Of a stretch of 64,000 nt of DNA, positions 38,724-48,732 are shown one piece after another. Positions within the stretch are counted from its first letter, which is position 1; each line of letters starts with the position of its first letter. The notes beneath the pieces are model-generated. The model was not told the DNA's origin, ran no database searches, and saw only the letters and a program-made list of their open reading frames with translations. Made by a program: the position numbers and the translations under genes. The stretch is from positions 162-64,161 of the forward strand of contig CAYHHI010000003.1 in assembly GCA_964356335.1 (NCBI GenBank). The letters run 5' to 3'. Source of the DNA: an uncultured bacterium. GTDB lineage: Bacteria > Arandabacterota > Arandabacteria > Arandabacterales > Arandabacteraceae.

Positions 38724-39692
38724 ATGATTGAATTTGCAAGACCCAGGATTGTGGTCAGCCGTTGCATCGAATTCGACACGTGCAGATACAATGGCGCTAT
38801 GATTCCAAGTGAGGTTGTAAGATCTCTCGGGCCTCATGTTGAGTTCCTGCCTGTCTGCCCGGAGGTAGAGATAGGGTTGGGAATACCCCGCGATCCAATA
38901 CGCATAGTCTTAGCCGACGGAGCGCGGCGACTTGTCCAGCCGGCGACGGGAAGGGATCTCACGGTTGGAATGGAGCGATTCGCGACATCGTTTCTCGGTT
39001 CCTTGCGCGACGTGGACGGTTTCATTCTTAAATTCAGATCGCCTTCATGCGGCATGAAGGATGTGAAAGTATTTTCGGGAGCGAACAGCAAGACGGCGGC
39101 GGGCAAGGGTGGAGGTTTCTTCGGCGGCGCCATACTTGCTCAATACCCCGATCCGGCTGCTGAAGACGAGGGGCGCCTCATGAGCTTTCGGATTCGTGAG
39201 CACTTCTTCATGCGCATCTTCGCGCTTGCCGCATTCCGGCAGGTCGCGGCCGCCAAATCGATGAGGGGGCTGGTTCAGTTCCAGGCCGAGAGCAAATTGC
39301 TTCTGATGGCGTACAATCAGAAGGAGATGAGAATGCTCGGCCGCGTGGTCGCAAACCCTGAGAAGAGACCGCTCGGGGAGGTTCTCAACGCCTACGGCAC
39401 GCATCTCAGGAAGGCCCTCGCGGTGGCTCCCAAGTACACTTCATGCATTAATGTGCTCATGCACGCCCTGGGCTACTTCTCAGAGGGTCTTTCCCCGAGG
39501 GAGAAGGCATTCTTTCTGGCATCACTTGAAGATTACAGGAGGGAGAAAGTCCCCCTGAGTGTCCCTGTCGGGATCATCAAGTCCTATATCGTGCGCTTCG
39601 ACGAAGCCTATTTGATGCAGCAGCGCTTTTTCGATCCCTATCCCGAAGATCTTGTGAATATCACAGACTCAGGCAAGGGCAGAGATCTGTAA
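38724..39692 (+). CDS. DUF523 + DUF1722 domain protein
   Basis: N-terminal IVVSRCIEFDTCRYNG...FLPVCPE Cys-rich DUF523 core (the TudS-like Fe-S fold), then a helical DUF1722-like C-terminal half. Confidence 0.65.
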   Translation: MIEFARPRIVVSRCIEFDTCRYNGAMIPSEVVRSLGPHVEFLPVCPEVEIGLGIPRDPIRIVLADGARRLVQPATGRDLTVGMERFATSFLGSLRDVDGFILKFRSPSCGMKDVKVFSGANSKTAAGKGGGFFGGAILAQYPDPAAEDEGRLMSFRIREHFFMRIFALAAFRQVAAAKSMRGLVQFQAESKLLLMAYNQKEMRMLGRVVANPEKRPLGEVLNAYGTHLRKALAVAPKYTSCINVLMHALGYFSEGLSPREKAFFLASLEDYRREKVPLSVPVGIIKSYIVRFDEAYLMQQRFFDPYPEDLVNITDSGKGRDL

Positions 39693-39880
39693 ACGGTAAA
39701 CGATCCATGGCCGAAGGTCCGCTGGTTCATAGAGGTGTGAAGGAATTGCGGAGAATTCTCAGGGGCGAGAGGGTGCGCGTGGAACTTGGTGTCAAGCATC
39801 TCAAGCCTCTCGAGGCCTCGCCGGTGGCTGCCGACCGTTGTGACCGGCAAATCGAATTCCTTAACAGGGGGTGATGGGAA

Positions 39881-40624
39881 ATGAAACGCCTCAGCTGGCA
39901 GGTTCGATTGGGGATCGCCCTGATTCTCGCGTCAGCGCTTCTCTACTTGGTGCACTACGTGGTCTTTCGGGACGTCCATTCCCTCTTCTCTTACCTACTC
40001 CTCGATATCGCCTTCGTTCCCATCGAGGTACTGCTGGTCACGCTGATCATACGTCAACTCCTCAGCGAGCGGGAGAAGCGCTCGCAGCTTGAGAAGCTCA
40101 ACATGGTTATCGGGGCCTTTTTCAGCGTGATCGGGACGAGGCTGCTCGTCTATCTGTCGGACTTCGACCCCAGGCTGGGGACCATACGAAAGGATCTAGT
40201 GGTCCGCCCCAACTGGACCGACATGGAATTCGACCAGGTGACCGCAAGGCTCAAAACCTACGGCTATGAAGTCGACATCAAGAGGATCAACCTGGAACAC
40301 TTGCGCGATTTGCTCACCGCCAACCGGGATTTCATGGTGAGACTCCTGGAAAACCCGATCTTGCTTGAGCACGAGACATTCACAAATCTGTTGAGAGCTG
40401 TCTTTCACGTTACCGAGGAACTTGAATTCAGGCCTGATTTCCGGACTCTGCCGGATGCCGACTACGCGCATCTCGCCGGGGACATCAGGCGGGCCTACAG
40501 CCTGCTGGTTGGCGAGTGGTTGGATTACATGAGGTACCTGAAGACCAATTATCCGTATCTGTTCTCACTGGCGATTAGGACCAATCCATTTGACCGGGAG
40601 GCATCCCCAATAGTAAGGGCCTGA
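39881..40624 (+). CDS. Hypothetical membrane protein
   Basis: Two or three N-terminal TM helices plus a cytoplasmic domain. No motif recognised. Confidence 0.4.
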   Translation: MKRLSWQVRLGIALILASALLYLVHYVVFRDVHSLFSYLLLDIAFVPIEVLLVTLIIRQLLSEREKRSQLEKLNMVIGAFFSVIGTRLLVYLSDFDPRLGTIRKDLVVRPNWTDMEFDQVTARLKTYGYEVDIKRINLEHLRDLLTANRDFMVRLLENPILLEHETFTNLLRAVFHVTEELEFRPDFRTLPDADYAHLAGDIRRAYSLLVGEWLDYMRYLKTNYPYLFSLAIRTNPFDREASPIVRA

Positions 40625-40788
40625 AGTCCATGCGAGCCGGTCTCCACCGGAGGATAAGGTTCAGACGGGATCCGGGAGTGATCCGGTGCTTGCCCGCATG
40701 CCGCACTAATCGCTTGACACGTGGGCGCGGGACATGATAAAAAACTGGTGAGGTCGTGTCTTTGGCCACGGAAACGGAGGTAAAGTCT

Positions 40789-41208
40789 ATGGCGTCAAAG
40801 AAATTGATGGATCTCATGAACAAGGGTATTGCAAGGGAAATGCAGGTAGCGGTTCAGTATATGTGGCAGCATGTTCTGTGGAGTGGCGTGAAGCATTTCG
40901 CAGTGAAGGATGAGCTGAAGGATATAGCAATCGCCGAGATGAAGCACGCGGAAATGATCGCTGAGCGGCTCAATTACTTCGGTGGCATTCCCACCACAAA
41001 GCCTGAACCTATCTTCGTCGGCAAGACCCTGAAGGAAATGATCGCGCGCGACAAGAAGGATGAAGAGGGTGCGATAAAGCTCTACAAGCAGATCATCGGA
41101 GTCGCCAGGAAAGAAGGCGACGAGACCACCAGGTTGATGTTCGAGAATATTCTTAGTGACGAGGAAGGACATCACGATACCTTCGTCAGCCTCTTGGAAG
41201 GCATATAG
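40789..41208 (+). CDS. Bacterioferritin-like / ferritin-like four-helix-bundle protein
   Basis: Ferritin-like diiron site residues (E..H pairs: AEMKHAEMIAERL, SDEEGHHDTF). RBS GGAAACGGAGG before ATG. Followed by a strong intrinsic terminator. Confidence 0.7.
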   Translation: MASKKLMDLMNKGIAREMQVAVQYMWQHVLWSGVKHFAVKDELKDIAIAEMKHAEMIAERLNYFGGIPTTKPEPIFVGKTLKEMIARDKKDEEGAIKLYKQIIGVARKEGDETTRLMFENILSDEEGHHDTFVSLLEGI

Positions 41209-41274
41209 ACGCGGCGCGCTTCCGAGCGCGGTCTGAAGAGAGAGTCGAATTCAAGAAAAGGATTTCTTGAGTTT

Positions 41275-41306
41275 GGTGCGGGCGGGTCGGTCCCGCCCGT
41301 TTTTTG
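41275..41306 (+). terminator. Rho-independent terminator
   Basis: GC-rich hairpin GCGGGCGGG-tcggtc-CCGCCCG followed directly by TTTTTTG. Confidence 0.7.
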
Positions 41307-41550
41307 TTCGCCGCCATGCCCCCCTTGACTCGACCTAATCCGAAGCGGAATTGTCTTTTCTTTAACACTCTCCTCTCGTACGCTCTATCTCTCGGGCTCG
41401 GGATCGCCACCGGGGAATCGGATTCGTCTATGCGTGGCCTTTTGAGATCGGCAGGACGGCCCAGTTTCTTGCCGCCCAGATAGGCTTATTCGTCTGAATT
41501 GACGGGCAGTGCCAAGATGGGAACAGGTCTTCTTGCGAAGGGTCTCTTAT

Positions 41551-42036
41551 ATGACCGCTATTGAGATTCGCTCGATCACGGCCGAGGAAACGCGCCTGCT
41601 GCGCCACGCCATTCTCCGTCCCCATCAGGCGCCGGAGACCCTTGTATATCCAGGCGATCTCGAAGCCGAGAGTCTTCATGTCGGAGTCTTCGTCAACGAT
41701 GAGTTGGTGGGCGTTGCATCGGTTGTGCCGAGGCCGATGCCAGGCGAGACGATGCCAGCTGAGACGCATACAAATGGCTGGCAGCTTCGGGGCATGGCGA
41801 CGTGTCACGAGTTCCGTCGCAAGGGTTTTGGCGCCGCGATGGTGCGGGCGTGCATCGACCATGTCGCGCGTCATGGCGGCACAGTCATATGGTGTAACGC
41901 TCGGACACCCGCGGTCCCCTTCTATGAATCTCTCGGGTTTGAAACCAAGGGAGATGAGTTCCACATTCCGATCTCGGGACCGCACTTTCGGATGTGGCGG
42001 GAGGTCTCCCCGCAAGACCAAGATAGATTGCAATGA
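41551..42036 (+). CDS. GNAT family N-acetyltransferase
   Basis: RRKGFGAAMV acetyl-CoA binding motif. Confidence 0.8.
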   Translation: MTAIEIRSITAEETRLLRHAILRPHQAPETLVYPGDLEAESLHVGVFVNDELVGVASVVPRPMPGETMPAETHTNGWQLRGMATCHEFRRKGFGAAMVRACIDHVARHGGTVIWCNARTPAVPFYESLGFETKGDEFHIPISGPHFRMWREVSPQDQDRLQ

Positions 42037-42119
42037 CATCCTCTGCTGCACGGCAAGGGCAGCTGGTAGAATGAAGGGCAGGGCGGACATAAGTGACCGC
42101 CGGACTGGAGGGAGAATAC

Positions 42120-43097
42120 ATGAAGATATTCGTCACTGGAGCCACGGGCTTCATCGGGATGCACCTTGTAAGACGCTTGGCAGAGACCAAACATGATCTC
42201 TATTGTCTGGTAAGAAGGACCAGTGATGTCAGCACAATCAAGGAAGTTGGGGCGACTCTGATCCCGGGAGATGTGACCGACAAAGCCTCGATTCTGGCTG
42301 GGATCAGGGGTTGCGATTCGGTTATCAACCTGGCAAACGTATACACTTTCTGGGAGCCGCGGAAGCGAATCTACAGAGATGTCAACGTGGACGGTACCAG
42401 AAACATCATGGAGTGTGCCTTGGAGACCGGCGTTTCCAAGGTCGTGCACATAAGCTCGGCAGTGATCTACGGCATGCCGGCGGACTGCCCCTTCACTGAG
42501 GAAAGCCGGGTTGGACCGGTAAGATTCAGTGAATATGCCCGAACCAAGTACGCCGGCGATCTTGTGGTCTGGGATCTCTTTCAGAAGAGACACCTCCCCG
42601 TGGTCGTAGTCTATCCCGGTGCCGTACTGGGCCCGGGGGACCCGAAGACAACCGGCCAATACATCCAGAACCTTATGCACCGGCGGATGCCTGCGACCGT
42701 CTTCCTGGATTCCGTGCTGACTTGCGTGCATGTGCGTGATGTGGCTGACGCGATTGTCAGAGCCCTTGAGAAGCAAGCCAACATCGGGGAGAAATACCTT
42801 GTAGGCAAGCGCCAGATGTCATTTCGAGAAATCAACGAGATGATCAGCGAAATCTCAGGAGTACCTCTACCCAAGATGCAGATGCCGGATGCCATGGCTG
42901 TCGCGAATGCCTGGCTTCTCACAGGGCTTGCTAATCTCACAAAGAAACCACCTATGTGGGGCATGTCTATAGACATGGCGAGAACAATGAAGCACGGTTT
43001 TCGCTTCGACGGGAGCAAGGCCGAAAGGGAATTGGGCACAGCCTACACACCTGTCCGTGTTGCACTTGAGGAAGCGATTGCATCGTACCGAAGTTGA
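42120..43097 (+). CDS. NAD-dependent epimerase/dehydratase (extended SDR)
   Basis: MKIFVTGATGFIG Rossmann motif and YxxxK. Confidence 0.85.
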   Translation: MKIFVTGATGFIGMHLVRRLAETKHDLYCLVRRTSDVSTIKEVGATLIPGDVTDKASILAGIRGCDSVINLANVYTFWEPRKRIYRDVNVDGTRNIMECALETGVSKVVHISSAVIYGMPADCPFTEESRVGPVRFSEYARTKYAGDLVVWDLFQKRHLPVVVVYPGAVLGPGDPKTTGQYIQNLMHRRMPATVFLDSVLTCVHVRDVADAIVRALEKQANIGEKYLVGKRQMSFREINEMISEISGVPLPKMQMPDAMAVANAWLLTGLANLTKKPPMWGMSIDMARTMKHGFRFDGSKAERELGTAYTPVRVALEEAIASYRS

Positions 43098-43130
43098 ACT
43101 GATGCCGAAAAGGACCTCGCTGGAGCACTT

Positions 43131-43640
43131 ATGAAATACGACGAAATCTGTGCGCTCGTTGAGAGCTTGGCGAGTACCTGGAATTCACGGGATCTTGACG
43201 GGTTCGTCTCTCTGCTTGCGGACGACGTGGTGTGGGACGATCCGGCCATGGAGGCTCCGGCAGTGGGCCGTGAGGCAGTCAGGAGATTCAGCGAGATGGT
43301 TCTGCGAGCCTTCCCCGACTTTCACTACGCGATCCTCCACCCGATCTGTGTCGCGGCAGACAGCAGCATGTGTGCCGTGCATTGGCGGATCACGGGGACT
43401 CAGCTTGGGCCATTTGATCCTCCCGGATTCGGTCCGACCGGGCAACGCGCGGATTCTGAGGGGGTGGATTTGCTTGAATTCCGAGGCGGCAAGGTGAGCC
43501 GGATACTCACTATCTTTAACGTCTTGCCGGTGCTCGAACAGGTACTATCGCTAAGGCTTCGTCCTTCACCCGGCAGTCTGCGGGAGAGGATAGCCGTGTT
43601 TCTGCAGCGACTCCGTGCGGCCTGGTTGCGGGCCAGATGA
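43131..43640 (+). CDS. SnoaL-like / NTF2-like fold protein
   Basis: Size and pattern match (DDVVWDDP...REAVRRF...). Confidence 0.55.
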   Translation: MKYDEICALVESLASTWNSRDLDGFVSLLADDVVWDDPAMEAPAVGREAVRRFSEMVLRAFPDFHYAILHPICVAADSSMCAVHWRITGTQLGPFDPPGFGPTGQRADSEGVDLLEFRGGKVSRILTIFNVLPVLEQVLSLRLRPSPGSLRERIAVFLQRLRAAWLRAR

Positions 43641-43845
43641 AGAAGGTATCCGTGGGCGATCGGTGGATCGATGTAATCGCGCAATCATGTCACCCTAGGC
43701 ATGGCGTTTCTCTTCGAAGAGCTAGGGATGAAGTATCAGCCCGTCGGGCAGTGATTGGTGCGCCATCTTCGGCGAAAGTCGGCTTGACCCCATGGCGTAT
43801 AGCATGTATTTTCTATGACGTCATTCCGTGAAGGGAGAGTGGTTC

Positions 43846-44163
43846 GTGCCGCAAATTGAGATGGAGGGACGGCAGTTCGAGATTGACGGAGACGGGTTCC
43901 TTCAACAACCGGAAGTATGGGACGAAAGGGTTGCCAGCCTTTTCGCCGCCGCCGACGGCACAGGTGAGCTGACCGACAAGCACTGGGCGGTCATCAGATT
44001 CATCCGCGACTACTGGCAGGAAAACAAGATGGCCCCCATGGTGCGGAAGATTTGTCAGCATACCGGCCTCCGCTTGACCGAGATCTACCAGATGTTTCCC
44101 CTGGGACCTGCCAAGGGGGCCTGCAAGATCGCTGGCCTTCCAAAACCTGACGGCTGCGTCTGA
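43846..44163 (+). CDS. dsrC: DsrC/TusE family protein of DsrC type (both conserved C-terminal cysteines present)
   Basis: Ends GPAKGACKIAGLPKPDGCV, with the penultimate Cys plus a second Cys 11 residues upstream. This is the DsrC arrangement, whereas TusE has only the last Cys. GTG start after a GGGAGAG RBS, alternatively ATG at 43861. Confidence 0.7.
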   Translation: MPQIEMEGRQFEIDGDGFLQQPEVWDERVASLFAAADGTGELTDKHWAVIRFIRDYWQENKMAPMVRKICQHTGLRLTEIYQMFPLGPAKGACKIAGLPKPDGCV

Positions 44164-44176
44164 GCGGAGAAGCCAT

Positions 44177-44812
44177 ATGTCAGCCGCTCAGTGGTTTCTC
44201 TTGACAGCCTTCGTCATATTTGTGCTGGCTTCTCTGCGTATGGTGCTCCAGGTGGTTTGGTCAGGCCGTTCCAGCTCGCTGGCAGTCCCCAAAGGCAAAC
44301 CTGTTCCTGCCGTCCTTTATTCCCTGACTGGCGCCATGCTGCCCTGGAAAAAGGAATCTGCACGCCTTCATCTGGTGATTTACGTTCTCGGGGCCGTGTA
44401 TCACATCGGCACTTTCCTGAGTTTTTTCTGGTTGATAGCCCTCTTCGTTCACGCGAGTCTGCCGCCGGTCGTGACCTCCGGCTCGGCGGCGCTACTGACA
44501 CTCACCACCCTGTGTGGGGTGGTTCTCCTCGCGAGACGTGTTGCAAGTTCGAAGTTACGTTACTTCTCGAGCCCGGATGATTACTTGAGCAACCTTCTGG
44601 TGACCGGTTTCCACGCCCTAACAGTGGCAGCCCTGTTGCATGAAGGCATCGCCAACAACCTGTTCATTTATGCGGGTATTCTCCTGCTCTATATCCCGCT
44701 GGGCAAATTGCGTCATGCTGTGTACTTCGCATTGGCCCGCTTTCATTTGGGTCTCTTCTATGGCCGGCGGGGGGTCTGGCCCGCCGAAGGCGGTAAATCA
44801 TGGCGAGCGTAA
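44177..44812 (+). CDS. Polytopic membrane protein, candidate NarI/HdrE/DsrM-like heme-b subunit
   Basis: 5-TM protein with conserved His in TM helices. Its stop overlaps the start of the HdrD-like gene, suggesting translational coupling. Confidence 0.4.
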   Translation: MSAAQWFLLTAFVIFVLASLRMVLQVVWSGRSSSLAVPKGKPVPAVLYSLTGAMLPWKKESARLHLVIYVLGAVYHIGTFLSFFWLIALFVHASLPPVVTSGSAALLTLTTLCGVVLLARRVASSKLRYFSSPDDYLSNLLVTGFHALTVAALLHEGIANNLFIYAGILLLYIPLGKLRHAVYFALARFHLGLFYGRRGVWPAEGGKSWRA

Positions 44813-46113
44813 GGACTCTGACGGCCGGGCAGAAGAGGTCGCTCAAAGCACTGGAGACAAGACTCGGCGGCAGGCTCCGCACCCATCTCAACAGCTGTGT
44901 GCACTGCGGCCTGTGTGGCGAATCTTGTCATTACTACCTGCGCTACCGCGAGGCACGCTTCATTCCAGGCAACAAAGCGGACCAGATAGCACGTCTTTAC
45001 CGCCGCTATCACACCATCCTGGGCAGGCTCGTGCCCCAATGGATTGGCGCCCGGGACCTGGATGAGAAGGCCATCGAGGAGATGGTGGACGTCATTTTCG
45101 GTGGCTGTACCATGTGTGGTCGCTGCTCCATTCATTGTTCCATCGGCGTCGACATTCCGTTTCTTGTGCGGACGGCACGGTCAATGTTGGTCGAGCTGGG
45201 CTTGGTGCCCAAGAGCCTCCAGTCCACCGTCGATGCTGCAATTGCCTCCGGGAACAACATGGCGATTCCGCGTGAGGAACTTGTCGATACCCTGCGGTGG
45301 TTGGAAGAAGACCTCAAGTTGGAAGTCGGCGACGACAGGGCAGCCATTCCACTGGATGCTTCAGGTAAGCATGTCCTCTATACCCTGAATCCCCGAGAGC
45401 CCAAGTTCTTTCCCTTGTCCATCAGTGCCATGGCCAAGATCTTCTATGCGGCGGGGGAATCCTGGACCCTCTCGACATATTGCTATGACGTGACCAATTA
45501 CGCTCTTTTCTCCGGCAATGATGAGGAAGCCAGGGAATTGGCTCAAAGGCTCTATGACGAGGTAACAAAGCTGAAGGCCGATATGCTTGTTCTGGCAGAA
45601 TGCGGACATGGTTTTCGCGCAATCCGATGGGAGGGACCTGACTGGATAAAGCGGGCCTACCCTTACCCCGTTGCCTCTGTCATTGAATTGGTAGCCTCCT
45701 ATGTCCGCACGGGACGCATCAAGTTGGACCCCTCGAAGAATCAAAAATGTGTTACCCTGCACGATCCCTGCAATCTGGTCCGGGCTGGTGGGGTGATTGA
45801 AGAGCAACGCTTCGTACTCAAGAAGGCGGTGAGCGATTTCGTCGAGATGACGCCCAACCGGGCGGACAACTACTGCTGTGGGGGTGGGGGCGGCCAGCTT
45901 TCCATGAGTGAGTATCGTGACCGCCGTGTGGAGATTGGCGAAATCAAGGCCGACCAGATCCGTCGCACGGGCGCCCGGGTCGTTGTGACACCTTGTCATA
46001 ACTGCATAGATCAGCTTATGGAGCTAAATCAGGTGTACCATCTCAATGTGGAGATCAAGACCGTGGCTGAAGTTGTAGCCCAGGCTCTGGTGGTGGAAAA
46101 GCAGGAGGCGTGA
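44800..46113 (+). CDS. HdrD/DsrK-like iron-sulfur protein (two [4Fe-4S] ferredoxin motifs + CCG domains)
   Basis: CVHCGLCGESC and CTMCGRCSIHC CxxCxxCxxxC motifs. C-terminal cysteine-rich CCG motif DNYCCGGGGG. Confidence 0.6.
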   Translation: MASVRTLTAGQKRSLKALETRLGGRLRTHLNSCVHCGLCGESCHYYLRYREARFIPGNKADQIARLYRRYHTILGRLVPQWIGARDLDEKAIEEMVDVIFGGCTMCGRCSIHCSIGVDIPFLVRTARSMLVELGLVPKSLQSTVDAAIASGNNMAIPREELVDTLRWLEEDLKLEVGDDRAAIPLDASGKHVLYTLNPREPKFFPLSISAMAKIFYAAGESWTLSTYCYDVTNYALFSGNDEEARELAQRLYDEVTKLKADMLVLAECGHGFRAIRWEGPDWIKRAYPYPVASVIELVASYVRTGRIKLDPSKNQKCVTLHDPCNLVRAGGVIEEQRFVLKKAVSDFVEMTPNRADNYCCGGGGGQLSMSEYRDRRVEIGEIKADQIRRTGARVVVTPCHNCIDQLMELNQVYHLNVEIKTVAEVVAQALVVEKQEA

Positions 46114-46170
46114 TCATCATGAGAGCTTCGGACAACAATTTCCTACCCTAAGATGCGGCAAGGATATAGT

Positions 46171-47349
46171 ATGTCAGAGATGATCTATCTGGATAATGCA
46201 GCCACCACGTTTCCGAAACCTCAGCGTGTCTATGATTACATGTACGAGTTCTATCAGAAAAAGGGCGTCAATCCGGGCCGCTCCGGATACGATGCTACCC
46301 TGGAAACCGAAGAGATGGTCCTCGGTACCCGCAAGATGCTGACCGAGTTCTTCAATGGGACCGACCCCAATTACCTGACCTTCAGTTACAATGCCAGTGA
46401 TTCTCTGAATATGCTTATTCAGGGCATGCTGGAAAAGGGCGATCACGTGATCACCACCAACCTCGAACATAACTCCGTGCTGCGGCCGCTGTACCACCTG
46501 AAACACGACGGGGTCATTGAAGTGACCTATATACCCTTCGGTCCCGAAGGCTACGTTGACCCGGACGACGTCAGAAAAGCAATCAAGACAAACACCAAGA
46601 TGGTCATCGTGAACCATGGCTCCAATGTCATCGGCACAGTGCAGCCGATCGGAGAGATTGGGAAAATCTGCCGCGCGGCCGGCGTCTATTTCGCTGTCGA
46701 TGTCAGCCAGACCGCAGGCGTAGAGAGAATCGACGTCACGGCAATGAGCATAGATCTGTTGGCCTTTACCGGGCATAAGTGTCTCATGGGCCCAACCGGC
46801 ATTGGCGGTTCCTATATCGGCCCAAAGGTACCCATTCGCGGCACCCGTTTCGGCGGTACGGGGGTCCGCTCGGCTTATCCGTTTCATCTGGAGGAATTCC
46901 CCTATCGAATGGAGTGCGGCACGCTCAATATCGTCGGGGTAGCCGGCTTGCGCGCTGGGCTCGAGTGGATTCTTGAAGAAGGCATCGACAATATTCACCG
47001 GCGGGAGATGGGGCTCTTTAAGAGACTGTGCGATGGCCTTGGCCGGATTGATAAGGTGACCCTCTATGGCGCCGATGGCGCGGACAACCATATTGCTGTC
47101 TTGAGCTTCAACATCGAGGGCTGGGAAGCGGCTGATGTGGGGACGATGCTGGACGTCGATTACGACATCGCCAGCCGTACCGGACTGCAGTGCGCTCCAC
47201 TGGTGCACGTCCAGCTCGGCACCGACAAGATTCACGGCACAGTCCGGATCAGTATCGGCCCGTTCAACACCGAAGATCACATCGACACGGCCATCGAGGC
47301 GGTCAGAGATATTGCTGCATTGATCAGAAAGTGTGACGTCAACGCCTGA
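46171..47349 (+). CDS. Cysteine desulfurase (SufS/CsdA-like class V aminotransferase fold)
   Basis: PLP lysine in TGHKCLMGPTGIGG. Active-site loop RTGLQCAPL is of the group II type. Its stop overlaps the MFS gene start (TGATG). Confidence 0.8.
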   Translation: MSEMIYLDNAATTFPKPQRVYDYMYEFYQKKGVNPGRSGYDATLETEEMVLGTRKMLTEFFNGTDPNYLTFSYNASDSLNMLIQGMLEKGDHVITTNLEHNSVLRPLYHLKHDGVIEVTYIPFGPEGYVDPDDVRKAIKTNTKMVIVNHGSNVIGTVQPIGEIGKICRAAGVYFAVDVSQTAGVERIDVTAMSIDLLAFTGHKCLMGPTGIGGSYIGPKVPIRGTRFGGTGVRSAYPFHLEEFPYRMECGTLNIVGVAGLRAGLEWILEEGIDNIHRREMGLFKRLCDGLGRIDKVTLYGADGADNHIAVLSFNIEGWEAADVGTMLDVDYDIASRTGLQCAPLVHVQLGTDKIHGTVRISIGPFNTEDHIDTAIEAVRDIAALIRKCDVNA

Positions 47350-48620
47350 TGCATCGGGCACACCCAATGGCGCGTTTAAGGTCTGACATCGTCCTTCTCT
47401 TTACTACCCGCATCGCGCGGATGTTTGCTTACGGCTTCCTGTCCGTGGCGCTGGCACTTTATCTTGCCGAGATCGGCTTCAAAGACGCCCAGATAGGACT
47501 GCTGTTTACACTTACCCTGGTGGGTGATGCGGTAGTCTCGCTCGGCCTCACCACGTCCGCAGACAGAGTCGGCAGAAGACGAATGCTGGTTATCGGTGCG
47601 GCCTTGATGGTGCTGGGAGGGGTGGTATTCGTTCTAACGAAGAATCCCGCCCTGCTGATGGCTGCCGCCATCGTCGGTGTCATCAGCCCAAGCGGCTATG
47701 AAATCGGCCCGTTTCTTTCGATTGAACAGGCTGCCCTGTCGCATCTCATTCCAGGCGAGCGTCGCACGCGCGTCTTTGCGTGGTACAACCTTGTCGGCTC
47801 CTTCGCCACGGCGCTTGGTTCGTTGAGTGGTGGGGCGCTTGCCAGCACTCTGCATAAATCCGGATTCACTGCCCTTGAGTCCTACCGCGCCTTGCTGATC
47901 GGCTATGCCTTGGTAGGTGTGGCACTCGCGGTGATTTTCACGAGCCTCTCGGCGGCCGTTGAAATCACGAAGATATCAAGTGCCTCGAAGCCACAGAATG
48001 CACCGGGTGCACTGCGCTCTCATTCCTTCGGGTTACACCGCTCGCGAGGCATAGTGCTCAGACTGAGCGGCCTCTTTGCCTTGGACGCTTTCGGTGGTGG
48101 ATTCGTTGTTCAGAGCATCATGGCCTACTGGTTCCATGTCAAGTTCGGTGTGGATATCGGTGTACTAGGCCGAATATTCTTCGGCGCAAACGTTCTGGCG
48201 GGCATCTCAGGCCTGCTTGCCGCCAGGATCGCGTCCCGGATAGGCTTAGTGAGGACCATGGTCTTTACCCACCTTCCTTCCAATGTCTTACTGATGCTCG
48301 TGCCGTTCATGCCGAGTTTGCATCTGGCGATCGCCGTGCTGCTCTTGCGTTTCAGCATCTCCCAGATGGATGTGCCCACGCGCCAGTCCTACACGATGGC
48401 GGTGGTCGCGCCTGATGAACGCTCCGCAGCATCAGGCGTAACAACAATCGCGAGGTCGGCTGGTGCCTCCATATCGCCCTCGTTGACCGGCATCCTCCTT
48501 TCCCACCCAGCGCTTATCGGCGTGCCATTTGTCCTATCCGGCGGCCTGAAGATCGTGTACGATCTGCTTCTGTATCGAAGCTTCAGGCGCCTGAGACCAC
48601 CCGAAGAGACACGTGCCTGA
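47349..48620 (+). CDS. MFS transporter
   Basis: 12-TM protein with the MFS motif GDAVVSLGLTTSADRVGRRR. Confidence 0.8.
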   Translation: MHRAHPMARLRSDIVLLFTTRIARMFAYGFLSVALALYLAEIGFKDAQIGLLFTLTLVGDAVVSLGLTTSADRVGRRRMLVIGAALMVLGGVVFVLTKNPALLMAAAIVGVISPSGYEIGPFLSIEQAALSHLIPGERRTRVFAWYNLVGSFATALGSLSGGALASTLHKSGFTALESYRALLIGYALVGVALAVIFTSLSAAVEITKISSASKPQNAPGALRSHSFGLHRSRGIVLRLSGLFALDAFGGGFVVQSIMAYWFHVKFGVDIGVLGRIFFGANVLAGISGLLAARIASRIGLVRTMVFTHLPSNVLLMLVPFMPSLHLAIAVLLLRFSISQMDVPTRQSYTMAVVAPDERSAASGVTTIARSAGASISPSLTGILLSHPALIGVPFVLSGGLKIVYDLLLYRSFRRLRPPEETRA

Positions 48621-48732
48621 GAGATTGATCTCTAGAAGATAAACGGGGTCGCGGGCATTAGACCTTGACTCGGCCCTCGCCGTTCACCATAATGAAGTAC
48701 ACAAATTCCGCGACGAGTCGCGAGGAGGCTAA

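Noticed and set aside
41428-42090. 220-aa minus-strand ORF
   Set aside because: Fully overlaps the well-supported plus-strand GNAT gene and has no motif.
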